Positions 1 through 9,021 are shown, counted from the stretch's first letter. The stretch: 32,000 nt of DNA from Candidatus Methanophagaceae archaeon (GCA_003194425.1 PQXB01000001.1:910444-942443), one strand, 5' to 3'. Numbers and translations are program-made. The notes: generated by a model from the letters alone, not told the origin.

Positions 1-2
1 AC

Positions 3-269
3 CACTACTCCGAGGTCGGCAGGGGACACATCGAGCAGATTGAGACCGGCAGGCTCATCACAACCGGCGAATACTCGGGAATTAAAGGCTTCAAGAACGT
101 GGCGGGAAAATACGAGTTGGAATTTCGGGACGACGAGGAAGCCCGCGAGATTTTGGAACTCGTGCGCTACGCGAACGTTCACACGCAGAAGCCCGTGACC
201 GAGGACGAGATGAAGTTCATCGCGAACTACCCCGAGCAGGCAAGAAAAATTATGTCGGTGCAGCCGTAA
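3..269 (+). CDS. C-terminal fragment of an unidentified protein (5' end lies outside the window)
   Basis: Frame 3 is open from the window edge to TAA at 267-269 (...HYSEVGRGHIEQIETGRLITTGEYSGIKGF...KFIANYPEQARKIMSVQP*). Composition resembles the neighbouring genes. I did not recognise a family by eye. Confidence 0.45.
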   Translation, partial: HYSEVGRGHIEQIETGRLITTGEYSGIKGFKNVAGKYELEFRDDEEAREILELVRYANVHTQKPVTEDEMKFIANYPEQARKIMSVQP

Positions 270-330
270 TTTTTTTGTTTTTGATCAAACTTTTTCTTAA
301 AAAATTGACTCCAAAAAAACAAAAAAAGTT

Positions 331-1332
331 TCACTCTAACTCCTCAAACTCCTCCAACGACGCCCGGCTTCCAATGACCACGAGAGTGTCGCCTTCACGA
401 ATCTCGTTCTCTGCACCTACATTTAAGATAATTTTTTCACCCCGAATAATCGCAAGAATCGTCGCCCTTCCTCCTCCTCCTCTCTCCTTCAACCTTAACT
501 CCCCCACCCTCTTGCCCGCAAGTTTCGCACCGTGCTCGACCTTCAAACACTCCAACGAGGTCTCTCCTGTCTTTGTCGCGGACTCCAAGAAATCAACGAC
601 CGCGGGTTTCGTCAGGCTCTTCGCCAACCTCCGACCACCGATTTCCTCCAGCAGAACCACCTTCTTCACTCCAACGCTGCACAACCTCTTCGCAGCCTCT
701 TCAGAACTCGCCCGCGCCACAATATCCAAACTCTTGTTGAGGTCTCTCGCGGTGATCGCGAGCAGTAAATTGCTGCAATCCGAGGGCAGAGTAGAGACCA
801 GCCCCGACGCCCGCTCCACTCCCGCTTCTCTCAAAACCTCGCCTCTCGTCGCGTTCCCTTCCACCACCGGCACCTCCTGCCTCCTCAACTCTTTCACCAC
901 CTCTGCCTCGCACTCTACTACTACAAACTTCAAACCCTCTTTTCTAAACTCCTCTACAATCACTTGCCCTGTCCGCCCGCCGCCGCAAATTATCAGGTGC
1001 TTCTTCATCTTCGCCACGCTCCTCTTCTGCCTCACCAACCCAAACGCCTCGCTCAACCTTCCTTCCAGCACAGATTCCATTATCTCAACCAGCACATATA
1101 AGGCTACTCCAACGCCCGAAATAATCAGCCCCACCGTAAATATTCGCCCAGCAAGTGTCTCAGGTACAATATCGCCGTATCCGACCGTGGTAACCGTGGC
1201 GACGGTCAGGTACAAAGCCTCGAAGAGCGAGAGTTCTTGCTGCGCCTCGAGGTACCAGAACCCCACCGTCCCGACCACTACCACCATAAACAATAAACTG
1301 ACTGCGATCAGTACGTGCCTTATCGGCTCCAT
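331..1332 (-). CDS. Two-TM potassium channel with cytoplasmic RCK (TrkA-N/TrkA-C) domains, MthK-like
   Basis: The 333-aa ORF has two hydrophobic helices flanking a pore loop with the canonical K+ selectivity filter TVGYGD (LTVATVTTVGYGDIVP). This is followed by the Rossmann motif IICGGGRTG and a TrkA-C-like C-terminal domain. Confidence 0.9.
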   Translation of the reverse strand: MEPIRHVLIAVSLLFMVVVVGTVGFWYLEAQQELSLFEALYLTVATVTTVGYGDIVPETLAGRIFTVGLIISGVGVALYVLVEIMESVLEGRLSEAFGLVRQKRSVAKMKKHLIICGGGRTGQVIVEEFRKEGLKFVVVECEAEVVKELRRQEVPVVEGNATRGEVLREAGVERASGLVSTLPSDCSNLLLAITARDLNKSLDIVARASSEEAAKRLCSVGVKKVVLLEEIGGRRLAKSLTKPAVVDFLESATKTGETSLECLKVEHGAKLAGKRVGELRLKERGGGGRATILAIIRGEKIILNVGAENEIREGDTLVVIGSRASLEEFEELE

Positions 1333-1402
1333 CCTTCCCTCTTTAACGAATTTTCTTATACATTGGCATAAGTAGTTTTCCCTTTTAAATTGCTGTTTTT
1401 AG

Positions 1403-1960
1403 CGGCACCAGTGTTTGCGGCGGTGCAGAACGCGAAGGCAAGCCCAGCTCGAGCAGGCGTTAAAGGGACGAATTATTCCAGTCCTGCACGGCGACATTAT
1501 TTTTGACGAGGAGCAGGGGTTTCGGATTTTGAGCGGCGACCAGGTGGTAGTGTACGCGGCGAAAGAGGTGGCGAAGGTGTTCGGAGCGAGGGCGGTAAAG
1601 GTCGGCGTGGGCAGCGATGTCGACGGCGTTCTGAGTGGGGGTAGGGAAGGGGAAGGAGAAGTGGTGAGAGAGTTAACGCCTGCCGACGCGGAGAGGGAGA
1701 GGAAAAGAAAGAGCATAAAAGGGTCGGGGAGTTTGGCTGAGATTGAGTTTGAGGTTAAGGGAAAGAGCGGAGAGACAAGCGAACTGGACATTTCCAACGG
1801 GCTGCTTGTGGATGCCGAAGCGAGAGAAATCGTGGCGAACTGGCACGACGACGAGGTTACAGTTGAACACGAGATACCTTCAGTCATAAAGCGAGGTATT
1901 TCCTGGGCATCGGCTACCTCGCGAAGTGAGGTCAAAATATTTTATCCGCTGCCCCAGTAG
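1403..1960 (+). pseudogene. Truncated isopentenyl phosphate kinase-like (amino-acid-kinase fold) relic, C-terminal half only
   Basis: The frame opens only after TAG at 1400-1402, and the first start is TTG at 1415. The product matches the C-terminal half of IPK as I recall it (GRIIPVLHGDIIFDEEQGFRILSGDQVV...GSDVDGVL). The roughly 130-aa N-terminal K-x-GGS nucleotide-binding half is absent. The DVTGGM-equivalent region reads DISNGLL, and a GA-rich low-complexity insert (GGREGEGE...ERERKRK) is present. The upstream space is taken by the divergent K+ channel gene. Confidence 0.5.
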
Positions 1961-2357
1961 TGAGAACTTTACCACTCAACGAGGGAATCCTGATAAAATG
2001 CTTCTTGTTCTCCGTAAGCAGATAATCTCCGTTTTTATAAAGAAAAGTTGCAGCGATAGCGACATCTTGATACTCTATTACAGACCCGTCTGCAATTAAG
2101 AACGCATTTATCCGACCTATTATCTCGGCTATTTCAGTGTTTAAAGGAACGATTTCGAACTTTGAGAACAGCCCCTTCGCCTTTTGAGTCGCCTTCTCAT
2201 AATCTTTCCTCAAATAAGTGCCTGTAAAAATCTCAGACAGAACAACCGCGCTTATAAAGATTTCGTGCGTTTCCAGCAGATTTTCTACAAGCCCTATTGT
2301 TCTCTTCTTTCTCCGCTCTATCTCCACGATGATGCTCGTATCCAAAGATATTCTCAT
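1932..2357 (-). CDS. vapC: PIN-domain ribonuclease toxin (VapC family)
   Basis: The 141-aa ORF begins MRISLDTSIIVEI (PIN acidic residue D6). It has further conserved acidic positions (...LSEIF..., ...QDVAIAATF..., LLTENKKHF). It is AT-rich relative to its neighbours. Its start overlaps the upstream antitoxin stop by 4 nt (ATGA). Confidence 0.85.
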   Translation of the reverse strand: MRISLDTSIIVEIERRKKRTIGLVENLLETHEIFISAVVLSEIFTGTYLRKDYEKATQKAKGLFSKFEIVPLNTEIAEIIGRINAFLIADGSVIEYQDVAIAATFLYKNGDYLLTENKKHFIRIPSLSGKVLTTGAADKIF

Positions 2358-2593
2358 CGAATCACGCCCAATCTTTTGAATCTCTCTCTTGAATCGGTCC
2401 TGATTTTTTTTAGCATAAACTCGAAATCATCGGGCAAGAAGTCATTAAAATCTTCTAAAGATCTTTCAATTTCGCTGCTTGCTCTTCTTTCTCTTTTTAT
2501 GCTGATAACCACTTTTTCGCCTTCCAAAAAATCCACTCTCTCTAAAGGTTTGAGCACCCCTTTCTCATAAACAACCTCGATTGTCTTCTGCAT
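2354..2593 (-). CDS. DUF104/UPF0165-type antitoxin (VapB-like partner of VapC)
   Basis: From the ATG at 2593 the product starts MQKTIEVVYEKGVLKPLERVDFLEGEKVVISI. This is the hallmark N-terminus of the archaeal DUF104 antitoxin family. It is translationally coupled to vapC. The track ORF start at 2617 is probably too far upstream. Confidence 0.75.
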   Translation of the reverse strand: MQKTIEVVYEKGVLKPLERVDFLEGEKVVISIKRERRASSEIERSLEDFNDFLPDDFEFMLKKIRTDSRERFKRLGVIR

Positions 2594-2617
2594 CTCTCCT
2601 CTCCTTTCAATTCTCAA

Positions 2618-2710
2618 TTATGCGTTTTCTATAGTTATTATAAAGTCTTTATAAGAAGAAAATAGAAAGTTTTTTTATTAACCTCGCCTTTATAATAATA
2701 AAGTAGCATT
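2618..2710. promoter_or_regulatory. AT-rich divergent promoter region with TATA-like boxes
   Basis: The 93-nt spacer between the vapB-like start and the GA-rich leader contains ctttataag and cctttataataataaa elements, which resemble archaeal TATA boxes. Confidence 0.35.
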
Positions 2711-2886
2711 TTAAAAGAGGAAAAAGGGGAAATGTATGAAAAGGGAGTAAAGGGGAAGGAATTGGAAACGGGACTCCCTACGAGGCGTAATTTCGCAGCA
2801 AGAGACGGGGGAACGAGTGGGGAGAGAGAGTAGAAGGGGGAAGAGTAGGAAAGGGAAGAGAGGGAGAAAAGGAGGAATAAAAAAAG

Positions 2887-4145
2887 ATGAAACCAACATT
2901 GTTTGAAATAGCAGTAGTGCTGTCTTCGGCGGTGTTTTTAATAGCACCAATGTTTGTGGCACAAGCAGCAGGAGCATGAGACGATTTCGTGTTGGGTATT
3001 TACGGTAATGCGAACGAGGACGAGACGATAGATATGCGGGACTTCACATACACGGCGCGGATAATCGCTGGTTAGAGGAGAAGAACGAGTTAGCGGATGC
3101 GAACAATGATGGTGAGATAGATGTGGGAGATATGACGCAGATTGGACTGATTATTTTGGGCAAGGAGAGTGAGCTCACGATTGTCGACGCTGCGGATAGA
3201 ATCGTGACGGTGAAGATGCCGATAGAGCGAATGGCAGTGCTAAACACCGATTTTGCGGAGGCAATTGCAGCGCTGGACGAGCGGGACAAGGTGGTCGGCG
3301 TCACCACTACCTTGACGGGCTACACGCAGTTCTTTCCAGAGCTCAGCACGAAGACCGATGTTGGAGGTTGGTACACACCCGACATAGAAGCGATTCTGGC
3401 AGTCGAGCCTGACACCGTCTGCGTTTATGCCAAGTGGCCCAGTACCGAGGCACTCGACGAGAAACTGCCCGGCGACATAAACATCGTTCGACTGGACTTC
3501 TACAAGGCACCAACACAGCGAGAAGAGATGATACAACTCGGCTACCTGCTCAACAAGAGAGAACGGGCGGACGAATACATCGAGTGGCACGACCAGTATG
3601 TGGATGAGATCTACGACCGAGTTGCGGAGATTCCAGACGACGAGAAGGTGCGAGTGTTCATCGACGCAGGCGGAGGGAAGGAGTTTGGTCGCCGAGCGTA
3701 CTCGACAGGAACGGGAATGCACGACCTCTGCGTGCTCGCGGGTGGTAAGAACATTGCAGAGGGCTACGTTGAGGGCTACGCGGATGTAGAGACCGAGTGG
3801 ATTCTGGACCAGAACCCAGATGTGATTGTCGGGATTTCATACAAGGGCGGCTACGAGACCGACGACGAGACCAAGATGGGGGAGCATTACGAGGAGATAA
3901 GAGCGCTTCCGGGCTTTGCAGAGCATGTCACGGCGGTGCAGAACGACAGCGTTTTCATTATGTCGAACGCGTTCGCATTCGCACCGCACTACCCGGCACC
4001 GCTCGCAGTGATGGCGAAGTGGCTCTACCCAAAGAGGTTCGCGGACTTCAAACCTGAAGCGATTCATCAGGAGTACATCGACGAGTTCCTCGGCATCGAC
4101 TTCGATGTCTACGAGCAGGGCGTGTTCGTATTCCCTCGACGGTGA
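2887..4145 (+). pseudogene. Disrupted secreted dockerin-fused periplasmic substrate-binding protein (TroA/FepB/BtuF-like ABC binding protein)
   Basis: ATG at 2887 encodes a signal peptide (MKPTLFEIAVVLSSAVFLIAPMFVAQAAGA) that ends at an in-frame TGA (2977-2979). The same frame continues with dockerin repeat 1 (GNANEDETIDMRDFTYTARII) to TAG at 3073-3075. Dockerin repeat 2 (ADANNDGEIDVGDMTQIGLIILG) and the binding-protein body (to 4145) lie in the -1 frame, which is open from 3009. The track ORF 3123..4145 starts at GTG inside dockerin repeat 2 and would lack any export signal. Confidence 0.65.
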
Positions 4146-4156
4146 AGGGATTGTGT

Positions 4157-4190
4157 AGGGGGAGTTTTTGCTCTCCCTTTTTTATTTTTA
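4157..4190 (+). terminator. Hairpin plus oligo-T tract downstream of the binding-protein gene
   Basis: agggggag (4157-4164) and ctctccct (4171-4178) form an imperfect stem with one mismatch. The stem is followed by ttttttattttt, and archaeal termination typically uses oligo-T runs. Confidence 0.4.
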
Positions 4191-4277
4191 ATATTCTTAA
4201 AAATTTAAGGTTTAATAAATAATATTTTTACGAAGCAGTGTAAAATAAAATAATTACAGAACAGGGGAAAACGAAAA

Positions 4278-7200
4278 ATGAAGGTGGCGGGAGTGGTGTG
4301 GGGAAGCGACAAGGCGTTGCTCGTCAATGCCTGTAAGGAGCTCGGAGTAGAGTTGAGCGTGAGGACTACACACGAGGTAGAAGAAGCGAAGAAGCGAGAG
4401 GAGTGCTTAAAATCGTTTGAGCAGGCGGACCTCATTCTCTTGCACCCCTCAACCGATGCGTATTGGGACGAAATCGCCGAGAGGCTAAACGAGAGGCAGA
4501 AAAAGGAAAAAGAGAAAGCAGTGCCAACGGTTTCGTTTGGGCACGATTCTTCCTTCTGGTCGTTTTCAAGCGTCTCCTTAAAAGTTGTTGCGACGGTCAA
4601 CGCCTACTACATCTACGGCGGGGCAGAGAACATCGAAAATATGCTAAAATATCTCGGAAAAGAGGTTTTAGGGCTGGCGGGGAAGGGCTACGACTACGAG
4701 GAGCCGAAAGAGACGCTGTGGGAGGGGATTTACCACCCTGACGCCGAGACCACTTTTGAGTGCTTGGACGACTATTTGGCGTGGTACAACGCCTCGCACA
4801 GGCAGGAACAAACACAGCACCGGCACAGAGTCGGCTTGCTCTTCTTCCGCACCTACTGGGCGAACCGAGACCTTGAGATTGTGGACGCTTTAATTCGGGA
4901 GTTAGAATCAGAGTTAGAGGACGAGAGCGGGTTTGATGTGATTCCTGTCTTCAGTTACGGCGCGGGCGACAAGGAGTTGGGTGCAAAGTCGAGCAGCGAG
5001 GTCGTTGAAGAGTTCTTTTCGGCGAGCGGGATTGAGGCACTCATAAACCTTCAGTCGATTTTTAACACAGGAGGTGCTGCTGCCGGAGGGGTGAAAGAAG
5101 AGGGAGAGAAAGAAGAAGCAGGCACGGTGAGCGCACTGAAGAGACTCGATGTCCCGGTCTTTCACCCCCTGCTCTCCTACAACACGACAGAGGAGGAGTG
5201 GAGGCGAGGGAGTCAGGGGTTGAGCAGTTTGGAGGTTGGCTGGGGCGTTGCGATGCCGGAGTTGGAGGGCGTGATCGAGCCGATAATTGTGGGCGTTTTG
5301 AAAAGGGGCGACGGGGACAGCGGAGACAGCGGAACCAAAGAAACCGAACTCGAGCAGCACGCCCCGCTAAAAGAGCGAGTGAGGAAGATTGTGCGGAGGG
5401 TAAAAAAATGGGTAGAGCTGAGAGAGAAACCGAGAGCCGAGCGGAAAGTTGCGTTCGTCCTCCACAACAACCCCTGTGCGTCTGTTGAAGCGACGGTAGG
5501 CGGTGCAGCACATCTTGATTCGCTGGAGAGCGTTGCTCGGATTTTGCAGAGGCTGGGGGAGGCGGGGTACTCAGTTGAGCCTCCGGAGCCACCCGAAGAC
5601 GGCAAGGCACTCGTAGAAGAAATTATGAGTAGAAAGGCTGTTTCCGAATTCCGGTGGACGACCGTTGACGAAATCGTAAGCAAGGGCGGGGCACTCGCAC
5701 TCGTTGAGAAGGCGGACTACGAAGAGTGGTTTGCTAGTTTCTGCCCTGAGGTGAGGGAAAGGTTGTGCGAGGCGTGGGGAAACCCGCCGGGCGAGGAGAA
5801 GGACGGCGTTCCCGCGGCGATGGTTTACGAGGGGAAAATTGTTGTAACAGGGGTGAAGTACGGAAACGCGGTCGTCTGCGTGCAGCCGAAGCGGGGCTGT
5901 GCGGGTTCGCGGTGCGACAGGCAAGTCTGCAAAATCCTTCACGACCCCGAGGTGCCGCCACCGCACCAGTACCTCGCAACCTACCACTACCTCGAGAGCA
6001 GTTTCGGGGCTGACCTGGTTGTTCATGTCGGGACGCACGGGAACCTGGAATTCCTACCTGGCAAGTCGGTCGGGCTCTCCGAGAGCTGCTACCCCGACAT
6101 CGCGATCGGCAACCTGCCGCACCTCTACATTTACAACTCAGACAACCCTCCAGAAGGTACGATTGCGAAGAGGCGGAGTTACGCAACGCTCGTCGACCAC
6201 CTGCAGACCGTGCTGACCGAGAGCGGTCTTTACGGCGACCTCAAGACGCTTGAAGACCAAATCGCAGAGTACAACAGGACAAAATCCACAGACATTGACA
6301 GGGCGAGGGCACACGCCTTGAAGCACATTATTCTGGATTTGATAAGGGAAACGGGACTGGCGGAAGAGGTGGGACTTGAGAAGAGGTTGGGAGAGGGGGA
6401 GGGGTTTGAGAAGATAATTGAACTCGCACACGACGCCATTTCTCGCGTCTACAACACGCAGATTCCTGACGGAATGCACATCTTCGGCGAAGTGCCGCAG
6501 GGTGCGAAGAGGGAGGAGTTCATCAATTCAATCCTGAAATACAATCCAGAGTTGCGGACGCCAGAGAAGGTAGCGGAGATTTCGGCGAGGCTTGAGGCGT
6601 CGGACGAGATGGGCAGTCTGCTTCACGGCTTCGACGCGGGCTACATCGAGCCCGGTCCCTCGGGACTCATCACACGCGGACACCCCGAAATCCTACCGAC
6701 TGGCAGGAACTTCTACTCCCTCGACCCGTTCAAGATTCCGACGAGAGCCGCGTGGGAGGTCGGGAAGCGACTCGCGGACGCAGTGGTGCAGAAGTACAGG
6801 GAGGAGAACGACGGGCAGCCGCCTGAAAACATCGCGATGTATTGGATGGCGTCCGACATAATGTGGGCAGACGGCGAGCAACTCTCGCAAATTCTCTACT
6901 TAATCGGCGCCGAACCTGTCTGGGACGGTGCGAGGGTGAAAGGCTACAGGATAATTCCGCTTGAGGAACTTGACGGGTGCGGAGGGCTTGGACGCCCGAG
7001 AATTGATGTGACCGTGCGGGTGAGTGGGATTACGAGGGACTGCTTCTACAACTGCATTGAACTCTTGGACGAGGCGTTGCGGGAGGTTGCGGCACTCGAC
7101 GAGCCTGCGGAGAGGAACTTTCTGCGGAAGCACTCGAGGGAGCACGCAGACGGGAGGGTGAAAGACGGGAACGCAGACGAGAGGGCGAGAGAAGGGGAAA

Positions 7201-8015
7201 GAGAAGGGAACGGACCTGAAAACGGAAGTGAGAGCGTGAGCGACCTTGCGCGGATTTTCGCGTGCAAGCCTGGGACTTACGGGAACGGCGTTAATTTGGC
7301 GGTCTACGCGTCGGCGTGGAAGGAGGAGAAGGAGTTGTCGGATGTTTTTGTGCAGTGGAACGGCTACGCCTACGGCAAGGGCAGTTTCGGGGTCGAGGCG
7401 CAGGAGAGCCTTGTCTCGCAACTCAAGACCGTCGACCTGACCTTCAACAAGACCGTCACGGACGAGTACGACCTCTTCGGGTGCTGCTGCTACTTCGGGA
7501 CGCACGGCGGTCTCACTGCTGCTGCGAGGGAGATTTCCGAGAAGGGCGAGGCGGTCTGCTCGTACTACGGCGACACGAGGGACACGAAGCGGGTAGAGGT
7601 GCGGAGCCTCGCAGACGAAGTGCGGCGGGTCGTGCGGTCGAAGTTGCTGAACCCGAAGTGGATTGAAGGAATGAAAAGGCACGGCTACAAGGGTGCAGGC
7701 GACATTTCAAAGCGAATCGGGCGGGTCTACGGCTGGGAAGCGACGACGCAGGAGGTGGACGACTGGATTTTTGACGACATCGCGAAGACTTTCGTCTTGG
7801 ACGCGGAGATGCGGAAGTTCTTCGAGGAGAACAACCCCTGGGCGTTGGAAGAGGTCGGCAGGCGGCTACTCGAGGCTTACGAGCGCGGGCTTTGGAACGC
7901 GGACGAGGAGGTGGTTGAGGGCTTGAAGAGTGCGTATTTGGAGATGGAGGGCTGGATCGAGGAGAAGATGGGGGAGGTGAAAGGCGAGTTTCAGGGCGGT
8001 GCGATCGGGGTGTAA
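4278..8015 (+). CDS. cobN: CobN/magnesium-chelatase large-subunit family protein (cobaltochelatase CobN-like)
   Basis: The 1245-aa ORF has the length and motifs typical of the CobN/BchH family (...VHVGTHGNLEFLPGK..., ...YATLVDHL..., ...ILPTGRNFYS..., ...KPGTYGNGV...). A GGGGA Shine-Dalgarno-like element precedes the ATG. A GA-rich insert lies at about 7141-7240. Confidence 0.9.
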   Translation: MKVAGVVWGSDKALLVNACKELGVELSVRTTHEVEEAKKREECLKSFEQADLILLHPSTDAYWDEIAERLNERQKKEKEKAVPTVSFGHDSSFWSFSSVSLKVVATVNAYYIYGGAENIENMLKYLGKEVLGLAGKGYDYEEPKETLWEGIYHPDAETTFECLDDYLAWYNASHRQEQTQHRHRVGLLFFRTYWANRDLEIVDALIRELESELEDESGFDVIPVFSYGAGDKELGAKSSSEVVEEFFSASGIEALINLQSIFNTGGAAAGGVKEEGEKEEAGTVSALKRLDVPVFHPLLSYNTTEEEWRRGSQGLSSLEVGWGVAMPELEGVIEPIIVGVLKRGDGDSGDSGTKETELEQHAPLKERVRKIVRRVKKWVELREKPRAERKVAFVLHNNPCASVEATVGGAAHLDSLESVARILQRLGEAGYSVEPPEPPEDGKALVEEIMSRKAVSEFRWTTVDEIVSKGGALALVEKADYEEWFASFCPEVRERLCEAWGNPPGEEKDGVPAAMVYEGKIVVTGVKYGNAVVCVQPKRGCAGSRCDRQVCKILHDPEVPPPHQYLATYHYLESSFGADLVVHVGTHGNLEFLPGKSVGLSESCYPDIAIGNLPHLYIYNSDNPPEGTIAKRRSYATLVDHLQTVLTESGLYGDLKTLEDQIAEYNRTKSTDIDRARAHALKHIILDLIRETGLAEEVGLEKRLGEGEGFEKIIELAHDAISRVYNTQIPDGMHIFGEVPQGAKREEFINSILKYNPELRTPEKVAEISARLEASDEMGSLLHGFDAGYIEPGPSGLITRGHPEILPTGRNFYSLDPFKIPTRAAWEVGKRLADAVVQKYREENDGQPPENIAMYWMASDIMWADGEQLSQILYLIGAEPVWDGARVKGYRIIPLEELDGCGGLGRPRIDVTVRVSGITRDCFYNCIELLDEALREVAALDEPAERNFLRKHSREHADGRVKDGNADERAREGEREGNGPENGSESVSDLARIFACKPGTYGNGVNLAVYASAWKEEKELSDVFVQWNGYAYGKGSFGVEAQESLVSQLKTVDLTFNKTVTDEYDLFGCCCYFGTHGGLTAAAREISEKGEAVCSYYGDTRDTKRVEVRSLADEVRRVVRSKLLNPKWIEGMKRHGYKGAGDISKRIGRVYGWEATTQEVDDWIFDDIAKTFVLDAEMRKFFEENNPWALEEVGRRLLEAYERGLWNADEEVVEGLKSAYLEMEGWIEEKMGEVKGEFQGGAIGV

Positions 8016-8019
8016 GTGC

Positions 8020-9018
8020 TCAAGTGTTAGCGGGGGGTAAGACACAGAAAATTATCCACTCCCCCCTCGCCTCTCTCGTCGTGCCTACGACCAACCTCGT
8101 CTCGTGTTTTGTGCGTTCCACTACGCCGCGAGCCGCGATTTCCTCACCCGCGAACGCCTGCCCCGCGTAAGTGTGCGTGAACGAGAGGATTTTGCTTATT
8201 TCGGGGTGCTCGATTTCGTAGATTGCCGGGCTGTCAAAGGCGAACGAAGCGTCTTTTACTACCGCTGTTATTTCCGCGTAACCGACCCGCTCGCCGCGTT
8301 CGTAGTTCCGTTTGTCCAACCGCCCGATTTCCTCCCAGTCACGCGCAAACAAAATATCAAAATAGGTCTCGCCGACGACGCCCCTGTTCTTCTTCCGCCG
8401 CTCGTGTGCAACGAAATTGTCGTAGCTCAACGCAGGCTGCCGCTTCTCGTAAATCTGCCTCCACACCGCCTCTTTTAACTCTGCCATTCCCTCCTGCTCT
8501 ACGACCGACCTCGCGAGGTCAAAGTTCTCCCGCCCGTAAACAACGAAATCAAGGTCGGATTTTTCGGTGTTAAGACCGCACAGAAAAGAGCCTGTGATCC
8601 CGATTTTCTCTCCCTGAACCCCGCGTTCTTTCAAGAACTCAAACAAACTCCTGACCCTCTCGTCTCGTCCAGCAACCGCAGGAAGCCGCTCCTCAGGTCG
8701 CAGGATTTCTTTCACCTCCCTGCGCGGAACGGAATGCACATTTTGCACGCTCTTTAAGTAGTCCGGACGGTGCCGCCTCAGAAACTCAAAAGACTCGTGA
8801 AAGTCAAGTTTCCTGTACCTCCGGCTCTCTCCCTCTCCTGCTCCCTCCTCTGAGACCCTCTCCCCGCTCTTGTCCGGAACGTACCGCAGGAGGCATTGAA
8901 TTTCTTCTTCGTCCCCTCCCTCGCCACCCAGGTCGTAGCTGACCACCGAAAAAATCCAGTCCTGCTCGGTTACCACAAAATCGCGTAGCCTCGCTCTCGT
9001 TCTCCTGCTCGTTTTCAT
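8020..9018 (-). CDS. Pol-beta-superfamily nucleotidyltransferase, conserved archaeal type (COG1665-like)
   Basis: The 332-aa ORF has the minimal nucleotidyltransferase signature GSFLCGLNTEKSDLDFVVYG (G-S...D-x-D). The remainder resembles the conserved archaeal predicted-nucleotidyltransferase family as I remember it. Acidic and GA-rich inserts lie near the N-terminus (GGEGGDEEE, EEGAGEGE). Confidence 0.55.
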   Translation of the reverse strand: MKTSRRTRARLRDFVVTEQDWIFSVVSYDLGGEGGDEEEIQCLLRYVPDKSGERVSEEGAGEGESRRYRKLDFHESFEFLRRHRPDYLKSVQNVHSVPRREVKEILRPEERLPAVAGRDERVRSLFEFLKERGVQGEKIGITGSFLCGLNTEKSDLDFVVYGRENFDLARSVVEQEGMAELKEAVWRQIYEKRQPALSYDNFVAHERRKKNRGVVGETYFDILFARDWEEIGRLDKRNYERGERVGYAEITAVVKDASFAFDSPAIYEIEHPEISKILSFTHTYAGQAFAGEEIAARGVVERTKHETRLVVGTTREARGEWIIFCVLPPANT

Positions 9019-9021
9019 ACA

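Noticed and set aside
275-1375. 366-aa ORF on the + strand opposite the K+ channel gene
   Set aside because: Its S/T/P-rich low-complexity translation is typical of the antisense shadow of a GC-rich gene. The minus-strand ORF has an unambiguous TVGYGD channel plus RCK signature.
2711-2977. 88-aa minus-strand ORF, and a 33-codon + strand ORF (from 2733), in the GA-rich tract
   Set aside because: Both are artefacts of a polypurine/polypyrimidine tract. They have F/L/P-rich or G/E/R-rich nonsense composition and no start context.
2977-2979. In-frame TGA after the signal peptide considered as selenocysteine or programmed readthrough
   Set aside because: I saw no SECIS-like structure. The position (a signal-peptide cleavage region) has no functional rationale for Sec. 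The same gene also needs a frameshift about 95 nt downstream, so pseudogenisation or sequencing error is the simpler reading.
6900-7682. 260-aa minus-strand ORF (and many shorter ones) inside cobN
   Set aside because: These are antisense to a continuous 1245-aa CobN-family ORF, and their R/P-rich composition is typical of GC-rich shadow frames.
8016-8075. gcgggggg...cccccctcgc inverted segment after cobN considered as a tRNA fragment or structured RNA
   Set aside because: Only a short G6/C6 complement exists, with no cloverleaf or T-loop motif, and it lies within the 3' end of the convergent nucleotidyltransferase ORF. At most it is a weak terminator hairpin.
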